Source: a virus
Taxonomy: Duplodnaviria; Caudoviricetes
Direction: 5' to 3' (one strand)
Virus record (IMG/VR): IMGVR_UViG_3300021255_005861
Span: 1-64,000 of that record
DNA: 64,000 nucleotides
A program made the translations under genes and the position numbers. This document shows, piece by piece, positions 38,145 through 50,099 of the stretch (the first letter of the stretch is position 1; each line of letters opens with the position of its first letter). Below the pieces are notes generated by a model, which made no database searches, had not been told where the DNA came from, and saw nothing but the letters and a program-made list of their open reading frames with translations.

Positions 38145-39215
38145 CTACCCCCGTAGCCTTCTAAGCCCGTACAGCGCGATCCAAAGGGCGTAGATGAGCA
38201 GCCCGATGAGGCACCACCCGGCGCAGGGGATCTGGAGCACCACATACGCCTTCTGCCACCCCATGAAACCCGATATGGCCAGCAGGACGAAGAAGATGAC
38301 GCACCACCCGAAGGCGCCTCGGAGGAGCTTCTCGAAATCCCCGTCCGTCACTTTACCACCTCCACGGCGCTCTCGGTGCACACGTGCGCCTGGTAGCCCG
38401 TATATACGAGTATCCCGAGCAGGAGTGCGAGCAGCACCCCCATGAGGGCTATGTATGCGTTCATTATGCGTTTCTCGCGCTCTATCGTGCCTATGGCGAA
38501 GTCGGTTATCCGCTTGGTTTCCTCCGCCAGTTCGTTGATTGCCTTGATGTTCTCGTCCGTCATTTGGCCTCCTTGTGCTCCTCCACGAACTGGAGGAAAT
38601 ATTCCTTTACCAGTTCCATGTACCCTGCCGTGAACTCCAAAGGCACCATCCCGAGCGATATCCTTCCGCTCTTGGCGTAGTACGTAGCCGAGTAGTTCTC
38701 GTCCCCCTTCTTCACGAACATCCACAGCTCGCGGGGGTCGTCCCCGTGCATTATCACGGACATATCGTCGTCCCGGTACGCTATCTCGGCGCAGGCCGCG
38801 TCGTATATCGCCTTGACCGCCTTGATGATCAACGGCTTGAGGGCTCCGTATATCTCGTCATCTGTGACGTCGTAGCACTTCTTTCCCGTCACGACCTCGT
38901 AGTGCTGCTCACTGTATACCCGGATGAGTACGATGGGGCGGGTGTCGTTCCACCTGTAGCGGTACGAGAGGTAGTCCTTCCCGTTGTGGTTGACGTCGGG
39001 GACGAGGTCCGTGGTGTTCAGCGCCTCGGATATGTCCTTTATGATGGTCTCGGGGGTAATCATTTGCGCTCCTCCCAGTGGTTGGGCTCGCCGCCCTTCG
39101 AGTTGGCCTCCCACGTGCTCTTGTGGTTCTGTAGGAGTTCCTGCAGGCGTGGGTCCAGCGCCATGCGGTACACGCTGGGGCGTTCTTTCGGTAACTCTAT
39201 GTATTCTTCGCTCAT
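38145..39215 (-). CDS. four small hypothetical genes, two with TM helices
   Basis: coupled ORFs ending at 38145, 38348, 38560 and 39060. Confidence 0.55.
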
Positions 39216-39553
39216 TGTTTCAACCTCGCAGTTATAGTTATCTCCATGGCAGGCATAGTGATGCCGGTGCCCTTGCAGTACCTCTTGAGGAAGCGGTAGT
39301 CGATGGCCCCGATACCTCTGCCTATGCTTAGCCTGCGCATCACGTCGTCGTAGCGTTCCTTCTGCGAGGCATAGTGGGCGGAGCGCACGGGCTTCTCCAC
39401 CACGGACACCTTCTCGTGCGCTATCCCGTGCTTCTTGCAATAGCGGAGGTAGAACTGGTAGTCTGCGCTCGACAGCCCGGTAGACCCGGACGTGAGGATG
39501 TTGCGGATTTCCTCGTAGCGGGTAATCGTATTTCGGGTGAATGACTTTTCCAT
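39212..39553 (-). CDS. small basic protein with a duplicated domain, adjacent to the 33-bp array
   Basis: RYEEIRNILTSGSTGLSSADYQFYLRYCKKHGI / RYDDVMRRLSIGRGIGAIDYRFLKRYCKGTGI. Confidence 0.7.
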   Translation of the reverse strand: MEKSFTRNTITRYEEIRNILTSGSTGLSSADYQFYLRYCKKHGIAHEKVSVVEKPVRSAHYASQKERYDDVMRRLSIGRGIGAIDYRFLKRYCKGTGITMPAMEITITARLKQ

Positions 39554-39577
39554 AGTTACTCTATAGCAGACCCTTGG

Positions 39578-39806
39578 TATCAAATGTGCATAACGTTTGA
39601 TATCGGGTTTTATCAAATGTGCTTGCCGTAATTATTATCAATTATCAAATGTGCTTACCGCTTTCATTATCGCTTTATCAAATGGACATAACGTTTTGAT
39701 AATAGTAATTTCAAATGTGCATAACGTTTGATAACTCCTATTATCACATGGGCATAACGTTTTGATATTGGGGATTATCAAATGTGCTTATCATTTCCGT
39801 TATCAC
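39578..39806. repeat. array of seven ~33-bp units with TATCAAATGTGC core (iteron-like)
   Basis: units start at 39578, 39611, 39643, 39676, 39709, 39742 and 39776. Confidence 0.92.
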
Positions 39807-42800
39807 TTCCCGAAGTAGCACAGCACCGACCTGCCCATGAAGTAGAGCAGGTAGAGTACCGCGGGGATGTACACGGCCAGTACGGCAATGGCCATAACGG
39901 GCTTTTGCACGGACTCGGCTATGCGGTCGCAGAACACGATGCACAGGTAGGCCGTGAGCGCCAGGGCTATCTCGTTCAGGCTCATGCTCCCTTCAGTGCC
40001 TTCCGCACCCTGCAGTGGATGTCGAACGGCAGGTCGGGGTCCATGCCCGACGGGAAGGGGCTATAGTAGCCGATCCGGTAGTAGAGGTCGGGGTGCTTCC
40101 ACCCGAGGGTACGCCAACGCTCCTGGACCGCTATGGCCAATGCAACGGCAATGGTATCCACGTCGTCCGCGGACGGGGCGTTAATGGTACTGTAGGGCAG
40201 CGTGTAGGTCACGTCACCAGTATCGCTGTCCTTTATCTCGTAGTAGAAGATGTGCGAGTTGTCGATTATCATGGGGATATCTCCGTTTGTAGGGGGGTGT
40301 AGAGTATGCTATGGCGATGCGTTCCTGCCATACGCGTTCCTCTAGGGCATATGCGACACGGCACCGACGGTCCGCCCTGCGGGCGTAGTGGGCGCTCCCT
40401 GGGTGGCAGGATGCCTCCATGCGGGCAATCCAGGCGTCCTTCGAGGCCTCTAAAAATACTTGTTTCAGGGTGTATATCTTCTTTTCCATATCGGTTGCGA
40501 ACTGGGCTTACTGTTTTAATTCCTCGTTTTTCAGCCCTTTTAAATATTCCGGATGTTTTGACAAAACTTCAACCTCGTGCTTTTCCTTCTCTTCTTGGGA
40601 CAAGAACGCGTCGTACGGGTCGCAAGCTGCCCAGTATTGTTCATAACTAGAGTTCATACTAACCTCCACCGTTAAATTCTAGATTCCCCCGGTTCGAAAA
40701 TCACACAAGTCGGCATAAACCGTAACGTTGCTGCCGTCGTTGTACTGTTCCATAGGTAAATGCCTCCAGGACACGTCTTCGTGTAGCACTTGACAACCCT
40801 CCTGCCGTCGGGCGTGGTTTGAACTATTCCGGTTTTCGTCACTTCTCGCCTCCCCAGTGGAGCAACTCGCGAACGTAGGAGCAGCGGACATTCGCGTGTT
40901 CCTCGCACATGCCGCAGTAGTAGCGTGCGTCTCCGGCTTCGTACTCCGCCGGCTTATTACACCCCGCAACGAAGCAGGTGTCCCCGGCATACTGGGGCTT
41001 CTTGCGCGCGTCACGGTATGCTTGGTATGCAGGAAAGGGTATCTCGTGTACGCGGACAACTTCCGCACGCAGTCTTTCCAGATCGTCCTCGGACAGGGCG
41101 TTGAAGGAGTCGTATTGGTCCTGGAACGGGATTTTCCGAAGTTCCGCTAGTTTCGGTGAGGTCATTCGTCGTATCTCTAGTTCACTACTGGTCTTGATTT
41201 TCATAGGGAGGTTTCCTTTTGTGGGTTGTCAATGGTTTCCTTAGTGGATCGAAGGTCACTTGCTAGTTTCCTCTTTTATGTACATGATTACCAGTCCTCC
41301 GAAGCGGGAACGGTCCGTGAGGTTCGCCCCGACTTGCCAGGGGACTTCTATCCGTACCGCACGTACGTCGTTGCCCGGATATCTTTCGAGGTAGGCGTCG
41401 ATGTCGCCGTTGATGTAGGCGTTGGCCTCCGCCTTGGCGCAGTCAATCAGCGGGTAGTTCCGTACGCCGCCGTGCCACTTGCGGGAGTCTATGTACGGCA
41501 GCGTGTCCGGGTAGCCCTTCAGATACTCCTTGTGCTTCCTAGCCACATCACCACGAAGTTCATCTCCGAGGTACGCTCCTTGATATACTCTACGTCCATT
41601 TTCTTGCTCATATCGCGTTGTCCTATAAAAAGTTGCACGGGACGCCCGGCCATCCACCTTGGCCTACTGGCTGCCGCTACGTACGGGACTCGCATCCCGT
41701 CTCGCGACCGCCGGGGCTCGAACCCTATTGTTTCAATGCGAACGCCACAGTGGATAGTGAGCGTCCCCAGGTTGTCTTCAACGTAAATAGCCCTGTTCCA
41801 CCTATGGAGTATTCCCCGCTTGAAAATAACGGGGTTCGGGTCAGCCGTTATCTTCTTTGCCGTGTCCAGGTAGGGTTCCAGGTAATGTAATTCGTAATGT
41901 GTGCTAGACTGCGATACGGTAATAAATCCCTTGCCTACATAGCGGACCACTCCGCATATCGGGGCATACGTGTGGTCCGTGATATGGGCTTTATGGGCAT
42001 ACGTCATAATGTCGCTCATTTCGGGGATTCCTATATGTATAATCGTTTCTCGCAACATATTACTTTAACGGTCTAAAAAATATCCCGCCTTCTTCGTTAG
42101 CAGAATCTATCAATTCCACGGGATAAATCCTGGGCTTTTCATTCGGGTTCGTAACCAGGCTCATAGCCAGGAATGCTTTTTCCCTTGCTTCAAGCAACGA
42201 ACAGGTGAACACCGTGCAGTCTTCAATCTTTTGGAACGGGGACGGCTTCCATTTCTTGTCAGCGTCCAGGTAGCTGCTTTTCCCGTCGCATTCCTTTACA
42301 AGAATGAAACGACGATTCGGGGGTTCAATGTTCAACGGGGCGTTGATTACAACCGCAGGCAGGTCTTCCATAGGACCGTCGGCAAACAAGATGGCTTGCT
42401 GCTTGTAGGTGCCGTCCGTAAAGTCCGCAGTAATCAAGTAGGTGTGCCAACCGATACGGCTGTCATCACAGTAGAAACGGCATTTGAGCGTGTCAAGGTT
42501 GAACGTGTCTTCATACACGTTCTTGATATGGTCTTTTAGTTCTTGAAGCGACTTGACTTCTACCATACGCTCCATAGATTCGTGGAGCGTGAAAAAACTT
42601 CCCGCAGGGCGAATACGCATTATTTCACCTCTTCTTTTAGATACATAATTGTCAACCCGCCAAAGCGGGATTTGTCCGTAAGGTTCGCCCCAACTTGCCA
42701 GGGGATTTCAATACGGACAGTCTTAATGTCGTTGCCCTTATATTCCTTGCAATAGCTGTCAATGTCATTATTGATAAACGTATTGGCTGCTTCTTCGGTG

Positions 42801-43211
42801 GAATGCTCCGTGACCGTCCGTATGCAGGGGTTTTCTACAAGAGCCTTGTATAAGGGGTTGTCCACCCGCTCGCAGCGTGTAACCTTAAACATGTTCTTCC
42901 TCCAGCAGTCCCTGCACCATCAGCCCGTGCTTGTACGCCCGGTGCTCGCGCATGATCCGGTTGTGTTCCTCGCGCCCCGGCACGTAGTCCCGCCAGTGCT
43001 CCCTTATCCGCTTGTCGCTTTTGGCCTTGGACTCGGGGTTCACGACGAGCAGGACGCTCTTCTTGGAGCACCCGTATTCCGTCGCCAGCGACTGGAGGGA
43101 GCAGCCACCCGCCTTGTACCTGCGCAGGATCTCGGCCTTGTCGGCATCGGAGAGGCGCCTCCTGCGGTCGAGCAACTCGGGCAGTCTTATCTTCTCGGAC
43201 TTGTACGGCAT
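39803..43211 (-). CDS. cluster of small hypothetical genes (39803-39985, 39982-40272, 40839-41204, 41256-, 41519-42058, 42060-42620, 42620-42892, 42885-43211)
   Basis: packed ORFs; 42885-43211 has an HTH; two share VRIE.PWQVGANLTD.SRFGGL. Confidence 0.6.
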
Positions 43212-43219
43212 GGGGGTTC

Positions 43220-43669
43220 CTAGGCTACGAGGCCGAGCTCTACCGCGATGTTGCGGACGGACGTGTATGCCAGCCCGAACTTGATGGCGGTGGAGCGGAT
43301 GCTGTGGCGGGCTTGCAGTTCCTTGACGATGTCGTCCTTGAGCAGGGCGACGCGCTCCTTCTGCGGGGTTTTGCGCCGGCGTTTCGTGGCGAAGGACGTG
43401 CCCATGCGGAAAGCCTTGTTGTACGCCCCCGAGAGGCTCCTGCCTTCTGGTAATACCCCGTTCCTGAGGGATTCCAGTTCGTCTTCCGTGTAGGTGGGCT
43501 TCGCCGTCGTCCAGACGGGGGCGGTATTAGCGGGTGCGCCCTCGTTCGGGCGGAAGCTGACGCCGAGCGAGCAGGCCTTGACTCGGGCCGCGTTCAGCGA
43601 GCGGGTCGGGGGTACTACGTGCTTCGCGAGCATCTCCAGTTCCTCGTGTGTCCAAGTACGAATGGTCAT
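43220..43669 (-). CDS. Myb/SANT-like repeat plus HTH protein (third paralog)
   Basis: WTHEELEML...PPTRS, YTEDELESLRNGVLPEGRS. Confidence 0.7.
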   Translation of the reverse strand: MTIRTWTHEELEMLAKHVVPPTRSLNAARVKACSLGVSFRPNEGAPANTAPVWTTAKPTYTEDELESLRNGVLPEGRSLSGAYNKAFRMGTSFATKRRRKTPQKERVALLKDDIVKELQARHSIRSTAIKFGLAYTSVRNIAVELGLVA

Positions 43670-43743
43670 GGTATCCTTCCTTGTTTCGGAATGAAATATA
43701 ACTCATTATTTTCGCCAGTGCACGAATGTAAGGAATAAATAAG
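43667..43743 (-). promoter_or_regulatory. phage promoter motif copy (minus strand)
   Basis: CTTACA 43732-43727, N24, GTTATATT 43702-43695. Confidence 0.75.
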
Positions 43744-43751
43744 GTTTTTCT

Positions 43752-44561
43752 TCAGCAGGCGGTGTCGGATTCCGCGGCTATCTTTTCCGCCCTCTCGAAC
43801 AGCAGGGTACGCCTGTTGCACGGGAACGGGCAGGACTTGCATCCCCCCATGTTGTAGAACGAGTAGCACCAAGCGTTCTCCTTGCAGTAGTCGGGAGATT
43901 CCCGCAGGTAGCGCTCGTAGAGGGCGTACTTCTGCCGGGGCGTGGGGGAGATGTCGCGGGCGAGGATCTCGTCCAGGGGAGCCAGCAGGTCCGCCTTGTC
44001 CCCGTTGTTGCGGAGTTCATAGCATATGAGGTGATTCCTTCTGCCCTCGGGATAGAATGCACTGTAATATGACCATTTCTGGAGTGTGTCTATGCGCGTT
44101 ATGTCCTCAAGGGCCATGTTGCGGTTATTCCGCAAGCGCTCATAGCGAGTCTTGTTAGGAGCATTCACGAGGATTGACTCATGAATGCTTAAATCAAATA
44201 TCACTCGGTACAACTGCGGGGTGCAGGCCGCCTCCACGAACACTATCTCCTCGGTGTTCCCGTAGCGGTCCGCCAGTGCCTCGGACAGCGTATCCACGAG
44301 GTACTCGAGGAAGGACTGCATCCTATCGTCCTCGTGGTCGAATACGCGGGGCTTCAGCGCCTCCAGGTCGATATCGCCCTCGTCCGTGAGGATTATCTTC
44401 CCGAACGTGGACACGGCCTTCCTGAACACCTCGGGGGTGCGGTATAGGGCCTTGGCCTCGGAGTCCGAGTCCACCACGATGTAGTGCTTCTTGCGGAGCA
44501 GGTCGGCCACGGTGGACTTTCCCGCCCCGATGAGGCCGGTAAGGAGTATAAACTGAGCCAT
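43752..44561 (-). CDS. coaE: dephospho-CoA kinase
   Basis: LTGLIGAGKSTV, VVDSD, FG..IL...GDID...L...VF, VFVEA. Confidence 0.85.
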   Translation of the reverse strand: MAQFILLTGLIGAGKSTVADLLRKKHYIVVDSDSEAKALYRTPEVFRKAVSTFGKIILTDEGDIDLEALKPRVFDHEDDRMQSFLEYLVDTLSEALADRYGNTEEIVFVEAACTPQLYRVIFDLSIHESILVNAPNKTRYERLRNNRNMALEDITRIDTLQKWSYYSAFYPEGRRNHLICYELRNNGDKADLLAPLDEILARDISPTPRQKYALYERYLRESPDYCKENAWCYSFYNMGGCKSCPFPCNRRTLLFERAEKIAAESDTAC

Positions 44562-44732
44562 GTTCTATTCCTTGTATAGGTTGTAGAGTGTTTCAGCCGG
44601 GGACCCGTGCAGCTCCCTCTCGTAGAGGTCTATTATCATAATAGCAAGAAATATAGAAAAATTTAGAAAAATTGTTGCATTTGTAAGATAAAAATACTAA
44701 ATTTATTACATACTCGTAATAATGGTACATTT

Positions 44733-45323
44733 ATGGATATCAAACTTTCTAAATATGCTATAGAGCATAATATTACTTATAGGACGGCCCATAACTGGTT
44801 TAAGGCCGGAAAAATACCGAATGCATATCAAAAGGAAGATACCCATAGCATCTTCGTGACAGTGAACCCGCTGCAGAAGGGGCTTGAAGCTACAAGGGTT
44901 GTCATATATGCCCGTGTGAGTAGTCATGAAAAGAAGAACGACCTGTTTAGGCAGGTTGAACGCTGTAAGGACTACGCCGCAGCCAACGGATACAAGGTAG
45001 ACGCCATCTACAAGGAAATCGCTTCGGGTATGAATGATAATCGCCCGAAGTTCTGGGAAATGCTATCCTCCGAGCCTACTACCATTATATGCGAAAATAA
45101 GGATAGGCTTACACGATTCGGGTTCAACTACATCGAGAGGCTCTTGTCCAAGAATGGCTGTTCCATAGACGTTATGTATCCTAACGACAACAATGAACAA
45201 GATATTATAAAGGATATGATCGCCATAGTTACATCGTTCTGCTGTAGGCTCTATGGTGCACGTCGTGCACAAAACAAGATTAAACGGATGAAGCTGGTAC
45301 TGGAAAGCGACAAGGACGAATAG
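44733..45323 (+). CDS. tnpA: IS607 serine recombinase transposase
   Basis: N-terminal MerR-like HTH, IYARVSS, EIASGMN, KDRLTRFGF, SFCCRLYGAR. Confidence 0.95.
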   Translation: MDIKLSKYAIEHNITYRTAHNWFKAGKIPNAYQKEDTHSIFVTVNPLQKGLEATRVVIYARVSSHEKKNDLFRQVERCKDYAAANGYKVDAIYKEIASGMNDNRPKFWEMLSSEPTTIICENKDRLTRFGFNYIERLLSKNGCSIDVMYPNDNNEQDIIKDMIAIVTSFCCRLYGARRAQNKIKRMKLVLESDKDE

Positions 45324-45326
45324 TCT

Positions 45327-46640
45327 ATGATTGTAAGGATGACACGACATACGCTAAAGTACGCCAATACGGGCAAGCAGGAGGCGGTAACTACGCTTCT
45401 TGCAGAATGGCGGCGTGTCATGCAGTTGTATTGTGATGAAATTTGGGATAACGGGTATAGGTGGAATGATGATAGCGGGTGGCACGAGTTCAAGCCCCGT
45501 GAGTTCAAGTATGAATTACCGAAATATTTGGACTATAAGTATTTCAACGTAGAGACTTGGCTATCTGCCCGAATGCTTAGTTCTTTAGTAACGCAATTAA
45601 GCGGTAAATTACGAGCGATATGCAGCAAGAATGAGGCTCGCCTACATGTATTTGACAAGGAAGCTGGTAAGGGAAACTACCTGGATAGGTTATGGGAGAA
45701 GATCGAAGCCCAGAACCCAACCAAGCCGGACCTTTCCGATGCAGGTATAGAGATATCCAGCAAGTGTGCAGAGTTCTATAGGACACCAGGGGGGGAGTTC
45801 TTTGGATTTCTCCGTATCAGGTCTACGGGATTACCCATATTCAATATTCCTATATGCAAGCATTCCCACTTGTCTAAATATGCCGAAGATATATCCTGGA
45901 AACAATGCAATGGATACCTTATCGACGAATATGGAGTACAATTACGATGGCAGAAGGAAGTACCTGAACGTACGGAAGGAATTAAGGTTGGTATAGACCA
46001 GGGATTGAAGACATGCTTGTCCTTATCGGACGGTCAAACTACAATGGATATGGTTGTACCTGCCCCTAGAAAAGGAGACCCAAATCGGACTATAATAAAA
46101 AACCTCGATACCTTGACGGACAAGATGTGCCGTAAGAAAAAAGGCTCAAAGGCATTCAGGCGGTGCCAAGCAGAACGTAAGAATTACATAGGATACGCAA
46201 TAAACCGCATAGACTTTAATGGCATAAAGGAAATCGGTTTAGAGAAGATAACGAATATCAACTACGGCAGGAATATTGCCAGAAAATTGAAACATTGGTC
46301 CAATCCGGAAATCGTTACTAGGCTCACACAGATTGCGGAGGAACTCGGAGTCCGAGTGAATCTACAATCTAACGCCTACAGATCACAACGATGCTCCGAG
46401 TGTGGACACGTACTCAAGGCTGCGAGGAAGGGAAAGTTATATGTCTGCCCTACTTGTGGGATGGCTATGGATGCGGACACGAATGCATCAAAGAACCATG
46501 CTATAGAACTACCCGATATACCTCGTTGCACTGTGTTGTCCAACCTAGCCAAGAGCGAGGGCTTCTACTGGATGCCTAATGGCTTGTTTAGGATGGATGG
46601 TTCGGAGTTTAGAGTCCCGGACACGTATAAAAGTCAATAG
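45327..46640 (+). CDS. tnpB: IS607-associated TnpB endonuclease
   Basis: GIDQGLK, GLEKI, SQRCSECG...CPTCG, DADTNASKN. Confidence 0.92.
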   Translation: MIVRMTRHTLKYANTGKQEAVTTLLAEWRRVMQLYCDEIWDNGYRWNDDSGWHEFKPREFKYELPKYLDYKYFNVETWLSARMLSSLVTQLSGKLRAICSKNEARLHVFDKEAGKGNYLDRLWEKIEAQNPTKPDLSDAGIEISSKCAEFYRTPGGEFFGFLRIRSTGLPIFNIPICKHSHLSKYAEDISWKQCNGYLIDEYGVQLRWQKEVPERTEGIKVGIDQGLKTCLSLSDGQTTMDMVVPAPRKGDPNRTIIKNLDTLTDKMCRKKKGSKAFRRCQAERKNYIGYAINRIDFNGIKEIGLEKITNINYGRNIARKLKHWSNPEIVTRLTQIAEELGVRVNLQSNAYRSQRCSECGHVLKAARKGKLYVCPTCGMAMDADTNASKNHAIELPDIPRCTVLSNLAKSEGFYWMPNGLFRMDGSEFRVPDTYKSQ

Positions 46641-46649
46641 TATATATTT

Positions 46650-49600
46650 CTATGTTTTGACTAACTCCTTGTATTTTCCTAGCGCCAAATCCCTGATTAT
46701 CTTGCAAAACATCCCGTAGAAGCACTCAGGGTTGGGGACGGCGAAGAACATATGCTTGCCCGTGTCCACGAGGTAGTGGGCTCTCGCCAGGGGGTCGATG
46801 TCCTTGGTGTAGTCGGGGACCTCGCTCAAGTTGTGGTGCCTCGGGCACTTCTTTTTCGGGCAGTCCCTGCACGCGGACGTTATCATCCTGTAGTGGCAGA
46901 GCATCTCCCGTTGCACGTCCTCCGGGGCGGACGAGAGTTCCTCGATGAAACTTTCTATCTCGTTATTCATAAGTAGGTTACCAAGCGATGTACACGTTCA
47001 CGTTACGGGTGTTTAGTTGCTCGAACCCTTCCACCTCCCACCCGATATTTTCCAGGGTGCGGCGGATGTGTTCAAGGTCCTCCTTGGTGGCGTCCCCGAT
47101 AAATTCAGTGAGGTTTATTACAGCCTTGCGCTTTCCTAGCTTGCACGCCTCGGGCACTACGGTGTCTATGTGGCGCTGGCAGACCTCTTGCCAGTTTGTA
47201 TGCTCCTGGGAGAGCTTGCGGGCCTGCTCGGGGGTGATGTTTTTGTAGATTTCGCTCATATTGCGCCTTCTATCCTTTTCGTATGTACGTGTTTGGGGTA
47301 GCAGAATTTAAGGTCCAGCGTCCCTATGTACCGGAGGAAGTCCTGCCATGCGTAGAATCCCGTGTACCCGCCCCTATAGGAATGGATGAACTCCGTTTCG
47401 TATATCTCGAAGATGTTGAACTCCTCGCCCTCGTCGGGATACTCAAATTGGACGGATCCGTCGGGGCACGGGAACATCTCGAAGCCCTCGGGCAGGATAT
47501 TTGACGTAGCGATGAATCCGGCGTTTTTAAGTACGGCCTCGGGTATGGGCTTGGCGTCGTACCCGTCCCAGTCGGGCTCGGAGCAGGCCCGCCTTATTGA
47601 GTCCACCGTGTTCGGTTCGTAGTTGCCGTTGTCCAGGAAGTGTCCCATGCGTGTTGTCCTCTTGTTGGTATCAAATATAAGTAACTTTCCACGGGAAAAC
47701 GTAGTTGTAAGGAATAAATAAGGTTTTATTCAGTATGGATAGTGCCTCGCGACAGGCTTTCCCGCCTTCCAGGTCAAGCGTTCCCTATTCCACCACCCGC
47801 TTGATGCTGAACCCATCCTGCGCTAGCATCTTCGCTACGAGTTTCTCCTTGTAGGTTCTTGCCTCGTCCAGCGTGTGGAACGTGTTCATTCCGTAATCCT
47901 CTGGCCTAGTCCATTCCTTGAGGCTGCTCAGTCCGTCCCACTTGCAGCGGAACTGCTGCACCTCGTATAGGTCGTTCTTGAGTTCCACGATGCGGAAATT
48001 TTGGGAATACTGGTCCGTAGGAGGTTTAGGCTTCTTTAATACTTTTTTGATTATGAATGTTATGGCTAACACGAAGATAACGCATATCAGCTTGATTTCG
48101 ATATATTGTAAATATTCCATAGTTCACCTCCTCGGGTCGGCGGGCAGCTCGAAGCACATCGAGCGAGTCTCGTCCGTGTCCTTGCTCTTTACCACCACGT
48201 TCATGCGGTCGTTATAATTCCCGCTGACGTCCAATGATATCTCCAGGTCGGGTCGGGTCGGGTTCGTGACCCGCAGTGGGTTCTCCTCGGGCATCTGCGT
48301 GCCGGGGACGTTGTCGAGGCACACGATAGTCTTCACGGTGAACATAACCGTCGGTGCTGGCATTCCCACGTCCCCAGCGATGCTCTTCCAGTAATTGCGG
48401 ATGGCCTTCACGACGTCGTCATACAGGGCTTTCCCGGAGCTTTCGCTGTCCACGAGGATAGTATTGTCCGAAACGCCGTTCATGCCGCGTTTCGTGTAGA
48501 ATACAAAGTAGGTACTCATTTTTCCATCTCCTTTAGGCACTCGCAGGCTCGGATGCACTCCGCTATGACGTCGTCCACCGTCCACTTCCTGCTGTGAACT
48601 TCGAGGTACTCGCCCTTCTCGTAGTACGGGGTGTAGTCGCCCGCGTGGCCGTAGTCCCAGCCAATGAACCACCCGGTGTCCTCCAAAGGTTGGAGCGAAT
48701 TTTCTGCGTACGTGACGCCGTAGTGCACGTCCAGGCGGATCTCGTCCTTGAGGCGATTGCCGTACATAGGGTGCGTACTAGGTACCTGCACGTACGCCGT
48801 AGGGTATCTCCCGTTCAGGTTCTTCACGTAGAACTGGAAACCGCAATGTTCCCCCATGGCGATGAGGTAGGCGGGGAAGTCGTCCAGGGGCTTGGCCCTG
48901 TCGTAGTGGTATTTCATTTCCTGCTTGAAATAGATTCGCATTCTTTTTGCCTCTTCTTGTATTCCCTGTTCCGCTGGCGCTTCCGCTCAAGTCGTTCCGG
49001 GTCCTGCTTCAGTTTCTCGTAATATCTCCGTTTCTTCTCTCGTACCTTCTCGGGATTGTTTCTCTGCCACTCACGGTACCACTCCCGTATCTGCTCCTTG
49101 TGTTCCTCTCGGTATTCCTTGTTCCGGATCCTCGCCCGCTCCTTGCGGCGTTGTAGGGACTCGGGGGAGCGGTTAGGGCGCTTCACGTGCTTAGGGGGCA
49201 CGGATATGGGAGTTTCGGCGATGCGCCGGCGCACCTCCTTCCAGTCTATGCCGCCCAATGGGCTATCCCGCATTGAAGGACGAGAGGACGATGACGGCGT
49301 CCTTTCCGTCGGGGATGCCCTGAGTGTACGTGCCTATTTCGGTCACGGACGTGACGCGCTGGTTGTAGCCTATCTCAAACCCGTACTTGTATGCGACGCG
49401 GGGGCTGCGGGACAGGATGGAGCAGGCGAACGCCCCGTCCAGGAGCTCGTCAAGTATCTCCCTGTTCCTGCAGGCGATGGCAGCGACGTCGTACTCGTCG
49501 TAGTCCACGGGGTCCAGTTCCACCAGGAACAGCGGGACGGGTGTAATCGGTTCTATCATAACTTGTTGTTCTCCATGTACTTGAGTGCCTTCTTTACGTA

Positions 49601-50014
49601 CTTATTCTTGGTAAAATCCTCGAAGGGCTCCGCGGTGCTGTAGTCCCACAGCGTGAAGTCCCGTTCCACATACATGAAGAGGAACCCGTGGCCGAGGGTT
49701 TCCGCAACGCAGACATCCGGGTTCTTGCCGTAGTGGAACGTGGCTACCCGGTCGTATGCGAACCGTACTATCCTGTACTCGTTCCGGTAGTACCCGTTTA
49801 GGCGTACGCTGGTGATGCGGTATAGCGCCACTTCGGTAGTGCCGGGTTCGTATTCCTCGGGGGAAAACAGGCACGTCCACTTCCCCACTAGGGACTCCTT
49901 CAGGGTATTCACTACCTCGGCGCACCCCCTGGCGTAGACCAGGTCCGCTTCCTTCTGGATGCGGACAGCCTCCCGCCCGAGGGCCTTGAGTTGTTTCTTG
50001 TAATTATTCAACAT
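46650..50014 (-). CDS. cluster of small hypothetical genes (46650-46970, 46978-47259, 47256-47648, 47785-48120, 48124-48519, 48516-48941, 48914-49273, 49263-49559, 49556-50014)
   Basis: packed ORFs; 47256 has PDWDGYDAKPI, 48516 has WFIGWDYGHAGD. Confidence 0.65.
47646..47722 (-). promoter_or_regulatory. phage promoter motif copy (minus strand)
   Basis: CTTACA 47711-47706, N24, CTTATATT 47681-47674. Confidence 0.75.
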
Positions 50015-50099
50015 ATCCTACTCCGTGTAAGTTTTCATCACTGCTAGGCGGCTCTTATAAGCCCCGCCCTGTGGACGGCGGATACAAATTCCTCGTAGG

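Larger units (their letters stand above)
44640..46652 (+). mobile_element. IS607-family element (ends approximate)
   Basis: tnpA plus tnpB, AT-rich, opposite strand to the surrounding operon; short TAGAAAAAT direct repeats at the left end. Confidence 0.85.

Noticed and set aside
39578-39806. CRISPR array or TIGR array
   Set aside because: Variable parts are only 7-9 nt in the palindromic units, repeats are degenerate, and no cas or Nop-domain gene is recognisable in the window
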